From NCBI GenBank assembly GCA_964621445.1, contig CAZUNO010000002.1:64001-128000 (forward strand): 64,000 bases of DNA, read 5' to 3'. This stretch comes from Candidatus Hadarchaeota archaeon. GTDB lineage: Archaea > CAYQAE01 > CAYVLA01. A program made the translations under genes and the position numbers. The notes beneath the pieces were generated by a model. That model saw nothing but the letters and a program-made list of their open reading frames with translations, was not told the origin of the DNA and made no database searches. This document shows, one piece after another, positions 10,201 through 17,640 of the stretch (within the stretch, counting starts at the first letter, position 1; every line of letters starts with the position of its first letter).

Positions 10201-13200
10201 TTCCCCACCAACGAGACCATAAGTTGTCAGGTCACTGCCAGAAGCATCTCGGGATTGGAATCCTCCACCCCGGAGGTGAGCTATGTCCTCCGGGATACGG
10301 AACCTCCGGAGATACAGGATATATATCACGACCCCCTACACCCTGAACCCAAAAAGGAAATAACCATTGGGTGCGAGGTAACCGATGACTCGGGTGTCAA
10401 GGACGTTTTGCTGCTGTACGGCGGCAATGGCACCCAAAATGCAGAGCGCATGATGCGGTACGGAAATACCTACACTCTGGACCTTCTCTCCCCGCCCGCG
10501 GGCGAATCCCTCACCTATGCAATACAGGCCACGGATAACTACGGCAACAGCAACCAGTCCTTGCCGGGTACCGTTACCTCTAGGGACGAAACCCCACCCG
10601 ATATATGGGAGGTCACCCATGACCCGCTGGAACCAACGGATAATGACAGCGTCAACATAACCGTCCGACTCATCGATCGGCAGGATGAAATCGAAAACGT
10701 GACCCTACTCTGGTACCAGTACACCTGGAAGAACCAGACCAAGAAGGGGGGCAGCGGGTACATTACCAGGGTATTCCAGATCGATGCCTCTGAGTTTGAC
10801 CCGGGAATGAACGTACGGTACAAGATCGAGGCCTTTGACCGTTCGGGAAACAAGGCGGTCTACCCCAACGTAGAGCAGGGAGAAACGCCTCCTTCTCCAC
10901 TTCTCTATGGCGATAATCCTAATTCCCTGAGACAGGAAGCATGGGAACCCTATCTCACCTTCCGGGTTGTCGACAGATCCCCTCCCGTTCTCACCCTTGA
11001 TGCCCAGCCCGAAAGTCCAAATGAACTTGAAACCGTTACCTTCGAGGTGTCAGCGGAGGACAATCACCTTCTCAGGAACTACACGCTTCACCTATGGGTG
11101 TCAGGGGTTTACAGGCCTTTCAGCGAGCAGGTAGGTCGTCCTAGCTTCAGGGACGAGTTCTCCTCCGGTCCCCTAGAACCGGCATCCACCATAGTTTGCT
11201 ATCTTGAGGCATACGACAGGTCCGGTAATTATGCCCGGTTTCCGGCTCGCTCCAACCTTACCATAGATGTGGAGAGGTTCGAATGGGGAGGCGAGATGGC
11301 CGCCGTCGATCCCAGGGTTGACCTTGAAGTCGCCGGCCCGGCCGGTTTTTCTCAGGGAATGGCCAGACAGGGAGCGGGAAAGATAATCGCCAGCATAAAT
11401 GGCATCCTTTTCATGACCTTTCTGGCCACCGTGGCCGGCATCGGCAATATAGTCTACACCTCGGTTTTCAAATCGAAGAGGGAAATAGGCCTGGTCCGAA
11501 CATTAGGGGGGAGCAAGAAATTCGTCACCCTTCTGGTGGCCTCGGTTACCGTCCTGCTGGGCCTGACCGCTGCCTTGATCGGGTGTGTAATTGCCTACCT
11601 GCTGATAACGGTGTTTTCTAACCTAGGAGCCTCCCTTGCCTGGGTCACCTTGAAGCCCACATTCAATATCCTTATTCTGGCAGCGACTTCAGCGGCCGCG
11701 GTGACCATTAGCCTCTTCGGTGGAATGGTAGCCCTTACCAGGCTTTTTTCATATACCCCTGTGGAATCGATAAGGACGGTGACCGCGCCCCAAGCGAAGA
11801 GGGAGCATCCAACCTACATCGAGAATACAAGGCGTTTCCCCGCAAAGACCATCGCCGTTTTACTCCTCATCACCATTAGTGCCGCTGCCATGATGCGCCT
11901 ATATCCTACATATATCTCCGAGCAGCCCTTCGATCCCGATTCCTGGTTGCACCTAACCGCTGCATCCGATATGCGGGAGACCGGCCATCTGAGACTCGAT
12001 TACGCTTCCCGGGAAATGCAGGCGGTCAGCGCCCTCCCTGGCCTCAACATCCTGCTGGTCGTATCCCAGGTATTGACCGGGAGCGAGATGATCCCAGCGA
12101 GGATCATAACCCCCATCATATCATCACTTGGCTTGATCCTGGCCTTTGTACTGGCCAGGAAACTCTCCAGGAGCGATATCGTGGCAGGAATGACCGCGAT
12201 CATACTGGCAGTGGTTGGCTTTTATGCCAACCGAACGGCAGCGCTTACCAAGGAGGCCCTCGCACTCCAGATGCTCCTACTCTGCCTCTACATGTTATAC
12301 CTAAGCCACATCTCCAGAAGCACCAAGCACAAGACTCTGCTAGTTGCCATTTCCGTTGCCCTGATGCTGACCCATCACCTAACGGCCATCTATTTCATGC
12401 TGATTTTTGTGGGATACATCTTTCTGAGAATCTTCCACAAGTATTCCCAGGGTGTCATCGACCCCCTGGAGGTCAAGCAGGATGCCCTAACCGGTCTTGG
12501 GGTCCTAACCAGCTATCTTATCATCAGCTTCACCCTGGGCAAGTACGAAACTCCGATACCATTCCAGGACTCCCTTCTGATAATATCCCTGTTCTTCGTG
12601 ACCATCGGATTCGGAAGAATTTTGCTTTCGTCATCATTCTTGGGCCAGCACCGGAGATCTATATCCCTGGTCGCAGCCCTGGGTACGGTTACCTTCCCCT
12701 TCATCGCCTACCGCGCCGGGCTCTTCTCCTACGCACCATGGGAACAGGTCCTCCCCATGATAGCCCCCCACTTGTCCCTTCTGGCCATAGCGATCCTGGC
12801 CCTGTTCCCGGTCTCCCTGCTCTCAGAAAATCGAAAGTCCTTCATCTTGGCCTGGGCCTCTGCCGTGATTCCCTTCCTATTATTTGGACTTGTCAAAAGG
12901 GATATCTTCGGCTACATACTGCTCTTCAGGAACATCTCATACGGTTATCAACTATCGGCCATATTGGTAGGCATCGCCTTCGTCTATGCCTACAAGCGTT
13001 TCGAGGCCGGAGGTCAGGATGGAATCCGCACCGGGCTGGTTGCCATAGCCGCGGTGCTCCTCATGACCAACCTTCTATTCGCCTCCCACATGGGTTTTCT
13101 GTCCCGCCCTTATGAGAAGAAGGACCTATACACGACCACGGAGTTCAACGCGGCCTTGAAGGTGAACCAATCAACCCTAAGAGGTCAGCTGGTAGGGTCG

Positions 13201-13500
13201 GACGAACGTGGTCGCCGGCTTCTATTGTACGTAACTGGGGAGGATGGAGACCAGATCACGACCTACGTCTATATGATCAGGATGGAAAAATGGTTAATAA
13301 ACAGGCTTAACGAACAGGTCAACTTGACCGAGAAGCCGCTGACCCATATCCTCACCTATGACGAGATGTTTGAGGTCGGTTTCGTGGATCAGGTACTGTT
13401 CAAGGATGTGGAAAGGCTAGAGCTCAATCGATATGAGGACGTCATTCTGGACAACGGCGGTGAACACCTCATTTACGTGGCCAGGAAGGAATGGCCGTAG
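7204..13500 (+). CDS. Giant 2098-aa fusion: MacB-type ABC permease with about 11 Ig-like repeats and a C-terminal GT-C-like multi-pass membrane domain
   Basis: TM1 plus MacB core (IIRGI, QGRWL, RIVGIF); about 100-aa repeats starting D.xPPxI..xP..P and often ending AxDxxGN; FtsX motif KSKREIGLVRTLGG at about aa 1425; then PFDPDSWLH...GH, roughly ten TMs, HHLT and a soluble C-terminal domain. Confidence 0.85.
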   Translation: MNIESRLLHAMKIFPRHRMWLSLAGIMVCAILFFGVLSVVHWLSYSSTSYFGEQEGIYVLAQEEAATVKQSQVPLALAPALTRMNGIQVVCPELFIYGVLNDKAVIIRGIFPSDFQSLEPVTLIQGRWLRDDDIKAAVAGQNLARKLDLKVNDTYLLSGSEVDDFVRIRIVGIFKGGGMIDDDLLMNIHYARYLQQETQPGYASIIRAKVNTTIWPSVESIWQSVSGLPNITPLQYEPTAPNNTQRLHFTCNATAHTEVGSVILYYKKQGLHRTIQKTMIKGNSSQFRTQIGPVKDSSWVLCWANATDILGHDRRTPEVNISITDALGPDIFDLTIEPPPPQTKDHLVNVSFKVFDTSEMVRNVTVHTYNVGLNRTFHGKDSTGRAYELTLGRFEPGPLTLWISARDRFGNLARTARYRYRILNRTDQSPPEIGEMVFEPDPPNDNSTLTVNVPMFDDSEIVTADLIYDYQVKGIHYNGTLKMNRSQAQEGLWEAVTGSFPGATTIHFRIFARDQFGNAVYSETRDVFVRYSEPPEELQVYRFPQYSTPGLNNLVFAVLYDAAEIQEVNFTFVEAGRWTNLSIPVGITTFREPFLLGRLSTGFKEYNLSMEDRREEVTRYPGQGLEGFLVQRKRPHIEDIQYSSTVRKGFPLMVTFRAVGVFPLSEVYTTDSRGVVEKCERIEGEYTAILGPYSKPGDYSFSITTQDWAGNTRTIEDREFTVEEESITDIDFTPKPPILGEELTVTCRVIGDSPRKKVRLIAPVGGKYVLTPMELEEGRRFASIPIDSPGILPFSVQVEDGEDLIRSKTVRLNVGSNHSSLYLAHSPPHPLSTQNITISIFARSGHNLKSLELEWKNGSHEIPHRKVWRLEGTETRLDFKPGRQIEGTLLYRAILTTEMGSLTYPLTEDEWLGISITKNLFTPPEIGRLSLSPQTYVGLDGNRGQDFLVEVGCPISFDQGISSVEIDYVVDQRTYNEPLLPVSRKYGLSSRFYSAYLGPFPTNETISCQVTARSISGLESSTPEVSYVLRDTEPPEIQDIYHDPLHPEPKKEITIGCEVTDDSGVKDVLLLYGGNGTQNAERMMRYGNTYTLDLLSPPAGESLTYAIQATDNYGNSNQSLPGTVTSRDETPPDIWEVTHDPLEPTDNDSVNITVRLIDRQDEIENVTLLWYQYTWKNQTKKGGSGYITRVFQIDASEFDPGMNVRYKIEAFDRSGNKAVYPNVEQGETPPSPLLYGDNPNSLRQEAWEPYLTFRVVDRSPPVLTLDAQPESPNELETVTFEVSAEDNHLLRNYTLHLWVSGVYRPFSEQVGRPSFRDEFSSGPLEPASTIVCYLEAYDRSGNYARFPARSNLTIDVERFEWGGEMAAVDPRVDLEVAGPAGFSQGMARQGAGKIIASINGILFMTFLATVAGIGNIVYTSVFKSKREIGLVRTLGGSKKFVTLLVASVTVLLGLTAALIGCVIAYLLITVFSNLGASLAWVTLKPTFNILILAATSAAAVTISLFGGMVALTRLFSYTPVESIRTVTAPQAKREHPTYIENTRRFPAKTIAVLLLITISAAAMMRLYPTYISEQPFDPDSWLHLTAASDMRETGHLRLDYASREMQAVSALPGLNILLVVSQVLTGSEMIPARIITPIISSLGLILAFVLARKLSRSDIVAGMTAIILAVVGFYANRTAALTKEALALQMLLLCLYMLYLSHISRSTKHKTLLVAISVALMLTHHLTAIYFMLIFVGYIFLRIFHKYSQGVIDPLEVKQDALTGLGVLTSYLIISFTLGKYETPIPFQDSLLIISLFFVTIGFGRILLSSSFLGQHRRSISLVAALGTVTFPFIAYRAGLFSYAPWEQVLPMIAPHLSLLAIAILALFPVSLLSENRKSFILAWASAVIPFLLFGLVKRDIFGYILLFRNISYGYQLSAILVGIAFVYAYKRFEAGGQDGIRTGLVAIAAVLLMTNLLFASHMGFLSRPYEKKDLYTTTEFNAALKVNQSTLRGQLVGSDERGRRLLLYVTGEDGDQITTYVYMIRMEKWLINRLNEQVNLTEKPLTHILTYDEMFEVGFVDQVLFKDVERLELNRYEDVILDNGGEHLIYVARKEWP

Positions 13501-14310
13501 GTGCTTGTCTTGGAGAGATCTTTGGCCATCAGAGTAGACATCGACACCATCAAGGGGCTCTTGGATGGGGTCCCCATTCTACTGGACATGTTCGACGACC
13601 TGGGAATCCAGGCCACGTTTTTCGGCTGTGTGGGGCCGGATAAGACCTCGAGAAGTTTCCTGCAAGCTCCGCGAATCGCCAGGCATGTTTCCGTAAATCC
13701 CCTGAAAAAATTCGGGCTCCGTGAAATCATGGGTTCCATTAAAGGCCTTGATTTCCGCAAGCATGACGGGGAACTGAGGGAGATCCAGGAAAGGGGCCAC
13801 GAACTACAGCTCCACGCCTTCGATCATCTGGATTGGATAAAAAGGGTGGAGAACCTTGACCTATCGGGGACCAGGTCACTTATCGAGAGGGGCATACGTA
13901 GCTTTGAGGCAATCACCGGCAGGAAACCCCGGGGTTTCGCATGTCCAGCCTTCAGGGTTACGGAGAATGTCCTGCTGGCTGAACAGGAGCTGGGATTCGA
14001 CTATGCAAGCGATTATCATGATCTTCTGAGGACTGTTCCCTTCAAGCCGCAGGAATCATCGGTTCTACAGATACCGGTGAACGCTCCTCTGATAGAAGAT
14101 ATGGTAGCAAAGGGTTTGAGCGATGCGCAAATACTATCCAGGCTCAAAAACATTGTAGATCAAACCCCGCTGACCGTGTTTTATCTACATCCCTGCTATG
14201 AGCCTCGGCTAAAAGGGGACCTACTGAGGGATTTCATAGAACAGGCCCTGGAAAAGGCCCGTCATGTGAAATTTTGGGAGGTGTGGAAAAGCTGGAGTCA
14301 TTGCGCATAG
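13501..14310 (+). CDS. ArnD-like polysaccharide deacetylase/deformylase (CE4/NodB superfamily)
   Basis: LAIRVDIDT..G...GVP.LL....GIQATFF..VGPD N-terminus resembles ArnD; HELQLHAFDH, GFACPAF, DYASD. Confidence 0.82.
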   Translation: MLVLERSLAIRVDIDTIKGLLDGVPILLDMFDDLGIQATFFGCVGPDKTSRSFLQAPRIARHVSVNPLKKFGLREIMGSIKGLDFRKHDGELREIQERGHELQLHAFDHLDWIKRVENLDLSGTRSLIERGIRSFEAITGRKPRGFACPAFRVTENVLLAEQELGFDYASDYHDLLRTVPFKPQESSVLQIPVNAPLIEDMVAKGLSDAQILSRLKNIVDQTPLTVFYLHPCYEPRLKGDLLRDFIEQALEKARHVKFWEVWKSWSHCA

Positions 14311-15464
14311 TGATGATCTACGAGCTGGGACCTAAGGACGACGGTTCATTTCTCGGTGGCATAGAGTCCCACATACTGGGTCTTGCCAAGGAGCTAGCTC
14401 ATGACCATCAGGTAACCATTCTAACCGGCGCCATACCGGGGGAGAGAGATAAAACTGATCTCGATGGGCTGAATGTCATTAGATCCGATATCATGGGAAT
14501 GGTTTCTCGATCCTGGAACCCCACCAACCTTACAACGAGGCGACAGATCTTCTCCACCCCCGCCTTTCTAAGGACGGGAATCGACCTGGATGCCGACATT
14601 TACCACGGACATATTTACACCTCGGGGATTTCAGCTCTGGGCCTGGCATCGCTTGGTTCCGGTGGTTCGGTTAACACCATACACGGGTCCTACTATGACC
14701 ACTGGGAATCAATTACCAACTCGAGCCTCAAACCCCATGCCTACAGAGTGGCCGAGAGATTATTGGCAACGTTCCTAGCTCGCAATTGCGATAGACAGAT
14801 ACACACGGCAACCGATTTCGCGGTTAAGGTCAGGCAGTGGGGGGCACCGCAAGAAAAGGTCCAGGTAATACTCAACGGGGTTGATACCGATAGATTCTCA
14901 CCTCAGGTAAATCCCCGCGAACAATCGGACATACCAATAGTGATGACGGTTCGTCGGTTGGTACCCAAGAACGGGGTCCACCATTTCATCCAGGCCTGCA
15001 GCCATTTGGAGAGGGAATCTAGATTCGTTATAGTTGGCGATGGTCCTTCCAGACCGGGTCTAGAGTCGCTGGCGAGGAGGATAGGGGTGGACGACCGGGT
15101 TGAATTCCGTGGCGCAATTCCCAACAACCAGATGCCAGGAATCATCGCCGGTGCCGACGTGTTAGTTATCCCCAGTTTGGTCGAGGCCTCCAGCATATCC
15201 CTATTGGAGGCAATGGCCATGGCAAAGCCAACGGTGGTCACCAACATACCGGGCATCGACGAGGTAGCAAGTCCGGAGAGAAGCATCATGGTTCCACCCG
15301 GGAACCCCGAGGCCATCGCAACGGGCATTGATCACCTTCTATCCGATAGGAAGAAAGCGAGGGAACTTGGAAGAAAAGGACGAGAATACGTGGTCGCTAA
15401 TCGATCCATCAAGAAGATGACGGAGAAAACAATGATCATCTACCGCCAGGCACTCGAGTCCTAG
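14301..15464 (+). CDS. GT4 family glycosyltransferase
   Basis: GGIESH, NGVDTDRF, RRLVPKNG, VGDGP, PSLVEASSISLLEAMA; probable TTG start at 14301 (ORF track starts 14274). Confidence 0.9.
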   Translation: MRIVMIYELGPKDDGSFLGGIESHILGLAKELAHDHQVTILTGAIPGERDKTDLDGLNVIRSDIMGMVSRSWNPTNLTTRRQIFSTPAFLRTGIDLDADIYHGHIYTSGISALGLASLGSGGSVNTIHGSYYDHWESITNSSLKPHAYRVAERLLATFLARNCDRQIHTATDFAVKVRQWGAPQEKVQVILNGVDTDRFSPQVNPREQSDIPIVMTVRRLVPKNGVHHFIQACSHLERESRFVIVGDGPSRPGLESLARRIGVDDRVEFRGAIPNNQMPGIIAGADVLVIPSLVEASSISLLEAMAMAKPTVVTNIPGIDEVASPERSIMVPPGNPEAIATGIDHLLSDRKKARELGRKGREYVVANRSIKKMTEKTMIIYRQALES

Positions 15465-15838
15465 ACCCTGGACAGCAGGATCAAGGCCAGTATACCACAC
15501 CCGATCCCTGCCGCTATCCTCAGATCTACCTCCTCGCCCAGCAATACAACGCATAGAACCGCGAACAGGACGTTTCCCAGGACAATAACCAGGTTCAAGC
15601 CCAGTACGGCAGGTACATCGTTTGACAGGAAAGCCAGATCCACCGCCAAAACCACCAGGCCCATCAGAAGAACAAGGTAGACATATGGATTTCTAGCCAG
15701 GGAGAAAAGAAAGGATGGGCTCAGGACCTGGGATAGCGAGGTTTCGTCGAGCTTATCCGCTGCAACCTTGTGAAAAAAGAGATTAAGACCACTAAGCACT
15801 CCAGCAACTATGGCGAATAATAGGATCTTACCCTGCAA
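15461..15838 (-). CDS. Small 4-TM EamA/SMR-type membrane protein, ArnE/ArnF-like putative lipid-linked sugar flippase
   Basis: 125 aa, four hydrophobic segments, LLGEEV...IAAGI ending typical of the DMT superfamily. Confidence 0.65.
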   Translation of the reverse strand: MQGKILLFAIVAGVLSGLNLFFHKVAADKLDETSLSQVLSPSFLFSLARNPYVYLVLLMGLVVLAVDLAFLSNDVPAVLGLNLVIVLGNVLFAVLCVVLLGEEVDLRIAAGIGCGILALILLSRV

Positions 15839-15840
15839 GT

Positions 15841-16656
15841 TTAGCCCCCCGAGGCTTCAGCCGCCCTCTCCTGGCTGGACTCCACCCTCCTAAACACGAA
15901 GAACCAGAAAACGAAGATCCAACCTATAAAGAACACGAAACCAAAATAGTCATGGAAGGTCTTCATGGCCTCAAACCCTATATAATAGGTTATGAGAGAA
16001 AGAACCACTATCCTCACTATATTGGCCGAGTAGGTCCCGGCCGCCCCCACAAGGAAGTAAACGCTACCCATCTTCTTGTCCATCCTATCCCTGAGATCAA
16101 CCAGCATCATGGCGAAGAAAGCCAGGAACAGGAAGGAGGAATGGATCCCCGAACAGGCCTCAGTAACCAGAAGGGTCACCGGCCGAGAGTGGTCGGGGGC
16201 TGAAAGAACTATCTCGTTTCCTGCTCCCGAAAAGGGAATACCCATCATGCTCAGCACCGCCCTGGAAAAATACATCACGTTTCCAAGCCAGGCCCTGCCG
16301 AAAGAGGTCTCCAGTATGTACTTATCGAATCCAATGGTTATCAAGAAATAAAAAACCAGAACCGGGGTAACGAAGAAGTAAAGCAAAGTCCGATAACGTA
16401 GCAGAAAATCGTACTCCCGCGACAGATAGCGATAGGCCAGGAACAAGGAACCGATCCCCACAAAAACCAAGCCGGACGCAACAGCCAGATCAGAGGAACG
16501 AACACGCTGGAAAAGGACGTATGAAACAAGCGCAAAAGCCAGGTACCCATAACCGAGGATCGAAACCTGAGAGAACGACACATTCTCCTTTATGGCGGAG
16601 ACCGGCCTCATAGAGATGAAGGACAGCGTATATCTAATAAATGGCTTGCGAATCAC
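15841..16656 (-). CDS. Archaeosortase/exosortase family transpeptidase
   Basis: Multi-TM; catalytic motif VTEACSGIHS, ANIVRIV (Arg), FHDYFG (His). Confidence 0.9.
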   Translation of the reverse strand: MIRKPFIRYTLSFISMRPVSAIKENVSFSQVSILGYGYLAFALVSYVLFQRVRSSDLAVASGLVFVGIGSLFLAYRYLSREYDFLLRYRTLLYFFVTPVLVFYFLITIGFDKYILETSFGRAWLGNVMYFSRAVLSMMGIPFSGAGNEIVLSAPDHSRPVTLLVTEACSGIHSSFLFLAFFAMMLVDLRDRMDKKMGSVYFLVGAAGTYSANIVRIVVLSLITYYIGFEAMKTFHDYFGFVFFIGWIFVFWFFVFRRVESSQERAAEASGG

Positions 16657-16662
16657 TTTGGT

Positions 16663-17520
16663 TTATAAATCCAACCAGGGCCGGAGTAGAAATGTGCAAA
16701 ACAGCAGACAGCCAAGAGGAATTGCTATCACTATTACCAGGGGCAGGTCTCTCTGGGGCAGGGTACCTGCCTTGATTATCTTGATCGCTTCTGGGTCAGT
16801 AACCCCCTTCTCCTGCATTTTTTCTAGCAAAGCGGTGAGTTGCCAATAGTACGAGGTGAAACTCACAAATGCCGTAAACTCGCTCTCGACCCCTTCTGGA
16901 GGGCTATCCAGCTTGACCGCTTCCCGGTAAGCATCTCTAATGGCCATTGCCTTCTCCCGGTTTTTGCCTATCACGGTTTCATAACTGGGATAATCAAACA
17001 CCGTATTCCCCACCACCATGTACGAATCGCCCTGGATAACTATGGTTTTGCTAGGCATGAAATTGTATTGAGAACCAGAAACTGCAGATCTCACACCCAC
17101 CAGGCAGAGCATCACTATTGAGAAATATACCAGATCACGCCAGGCCGCATTCCAGCCCTTTCTCGAGGGGCACCTAAGGTAGATCAAGGCGATGACGCAC
17201 ACTAATAGTGCCAAAGCAGAAACGGTCACCGGGGGGTCCAGCAGGCCATTGCCGAGGCGGAACTTCTGGCCCAAGAGGTTCAGAACATCGTGGAAAAAAA
17301 ATAGATTGAGCAACGGCCCGGTGTCCAATTTCCCGTCTCCGTAAAGCCGAGTTATTTGTGGAAATACCGCCAGGGACCCCAGTGTGGACACGACTACTGC
17401 CACTCGGTAGGAACTGATCTCGGGGTTATCCTCCTCCCTCCTCTTTGGAATAGAAATTCCAAAGATGATCAAGCAACACCCCACGATCGCGCCGAAAAAG
17501 AAATGCGCGAGAGGATTCAT
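16663..17520 (-). CDS. Membrane protein of unknown function (N-terminus resembles membrane-bound metal-dependent hydrolases)
   Basis: MNPLAHFFFG start, several TMs, FFFHD motif, about 100-aa soluble loop, C-terminal TM; 6 bp upstream of the archaeosortase gene. Confidence 0.6.
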   Translation of the reverse strand: MNPLAHFFFGAIVGCCLIIFGISIPKRREEDNPEISSYRVAVVVSTLGSLAVFPQITRLYGDGKLDTGPLLNLFFFHDVLNLLGQKFRLGNGLLDPPVTVSALALLVCVIALIYLRCPSRKGWNAAWRDLVYFSIVMLCLVGVRSAVSGSQYNFMPSKTIVIQGDSYMVVGNTVFDYPSYETVIGKNREKAMAIRDAYREAVKLDSPPEGVESEFTAFVSFTSYYWQLTALLEKMQEKGVTDPEAIKIIKAGTLPQRDLPLVIVIAIPLGCLLFCTFLLRPWLDL

Positions 17521-17640
17521 TGAAATGAAGCAGCCGACTGGGCTGATTAATATTTCACCGGCATTAAATCAAAGGTAATAGCTTCAAATCCACGGGCTCT
17601 CGATACATTTAAGAGATAAATCGAGCCCCGTTTGCCTGGG

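Noticed and set aside
7885-11280. Possible DNA tandem repeat or CRISPR-like array within the giant ORF
   Set aside because: Repetition is visible only at protein level; there are no identical nucleotide repeats with spacers.
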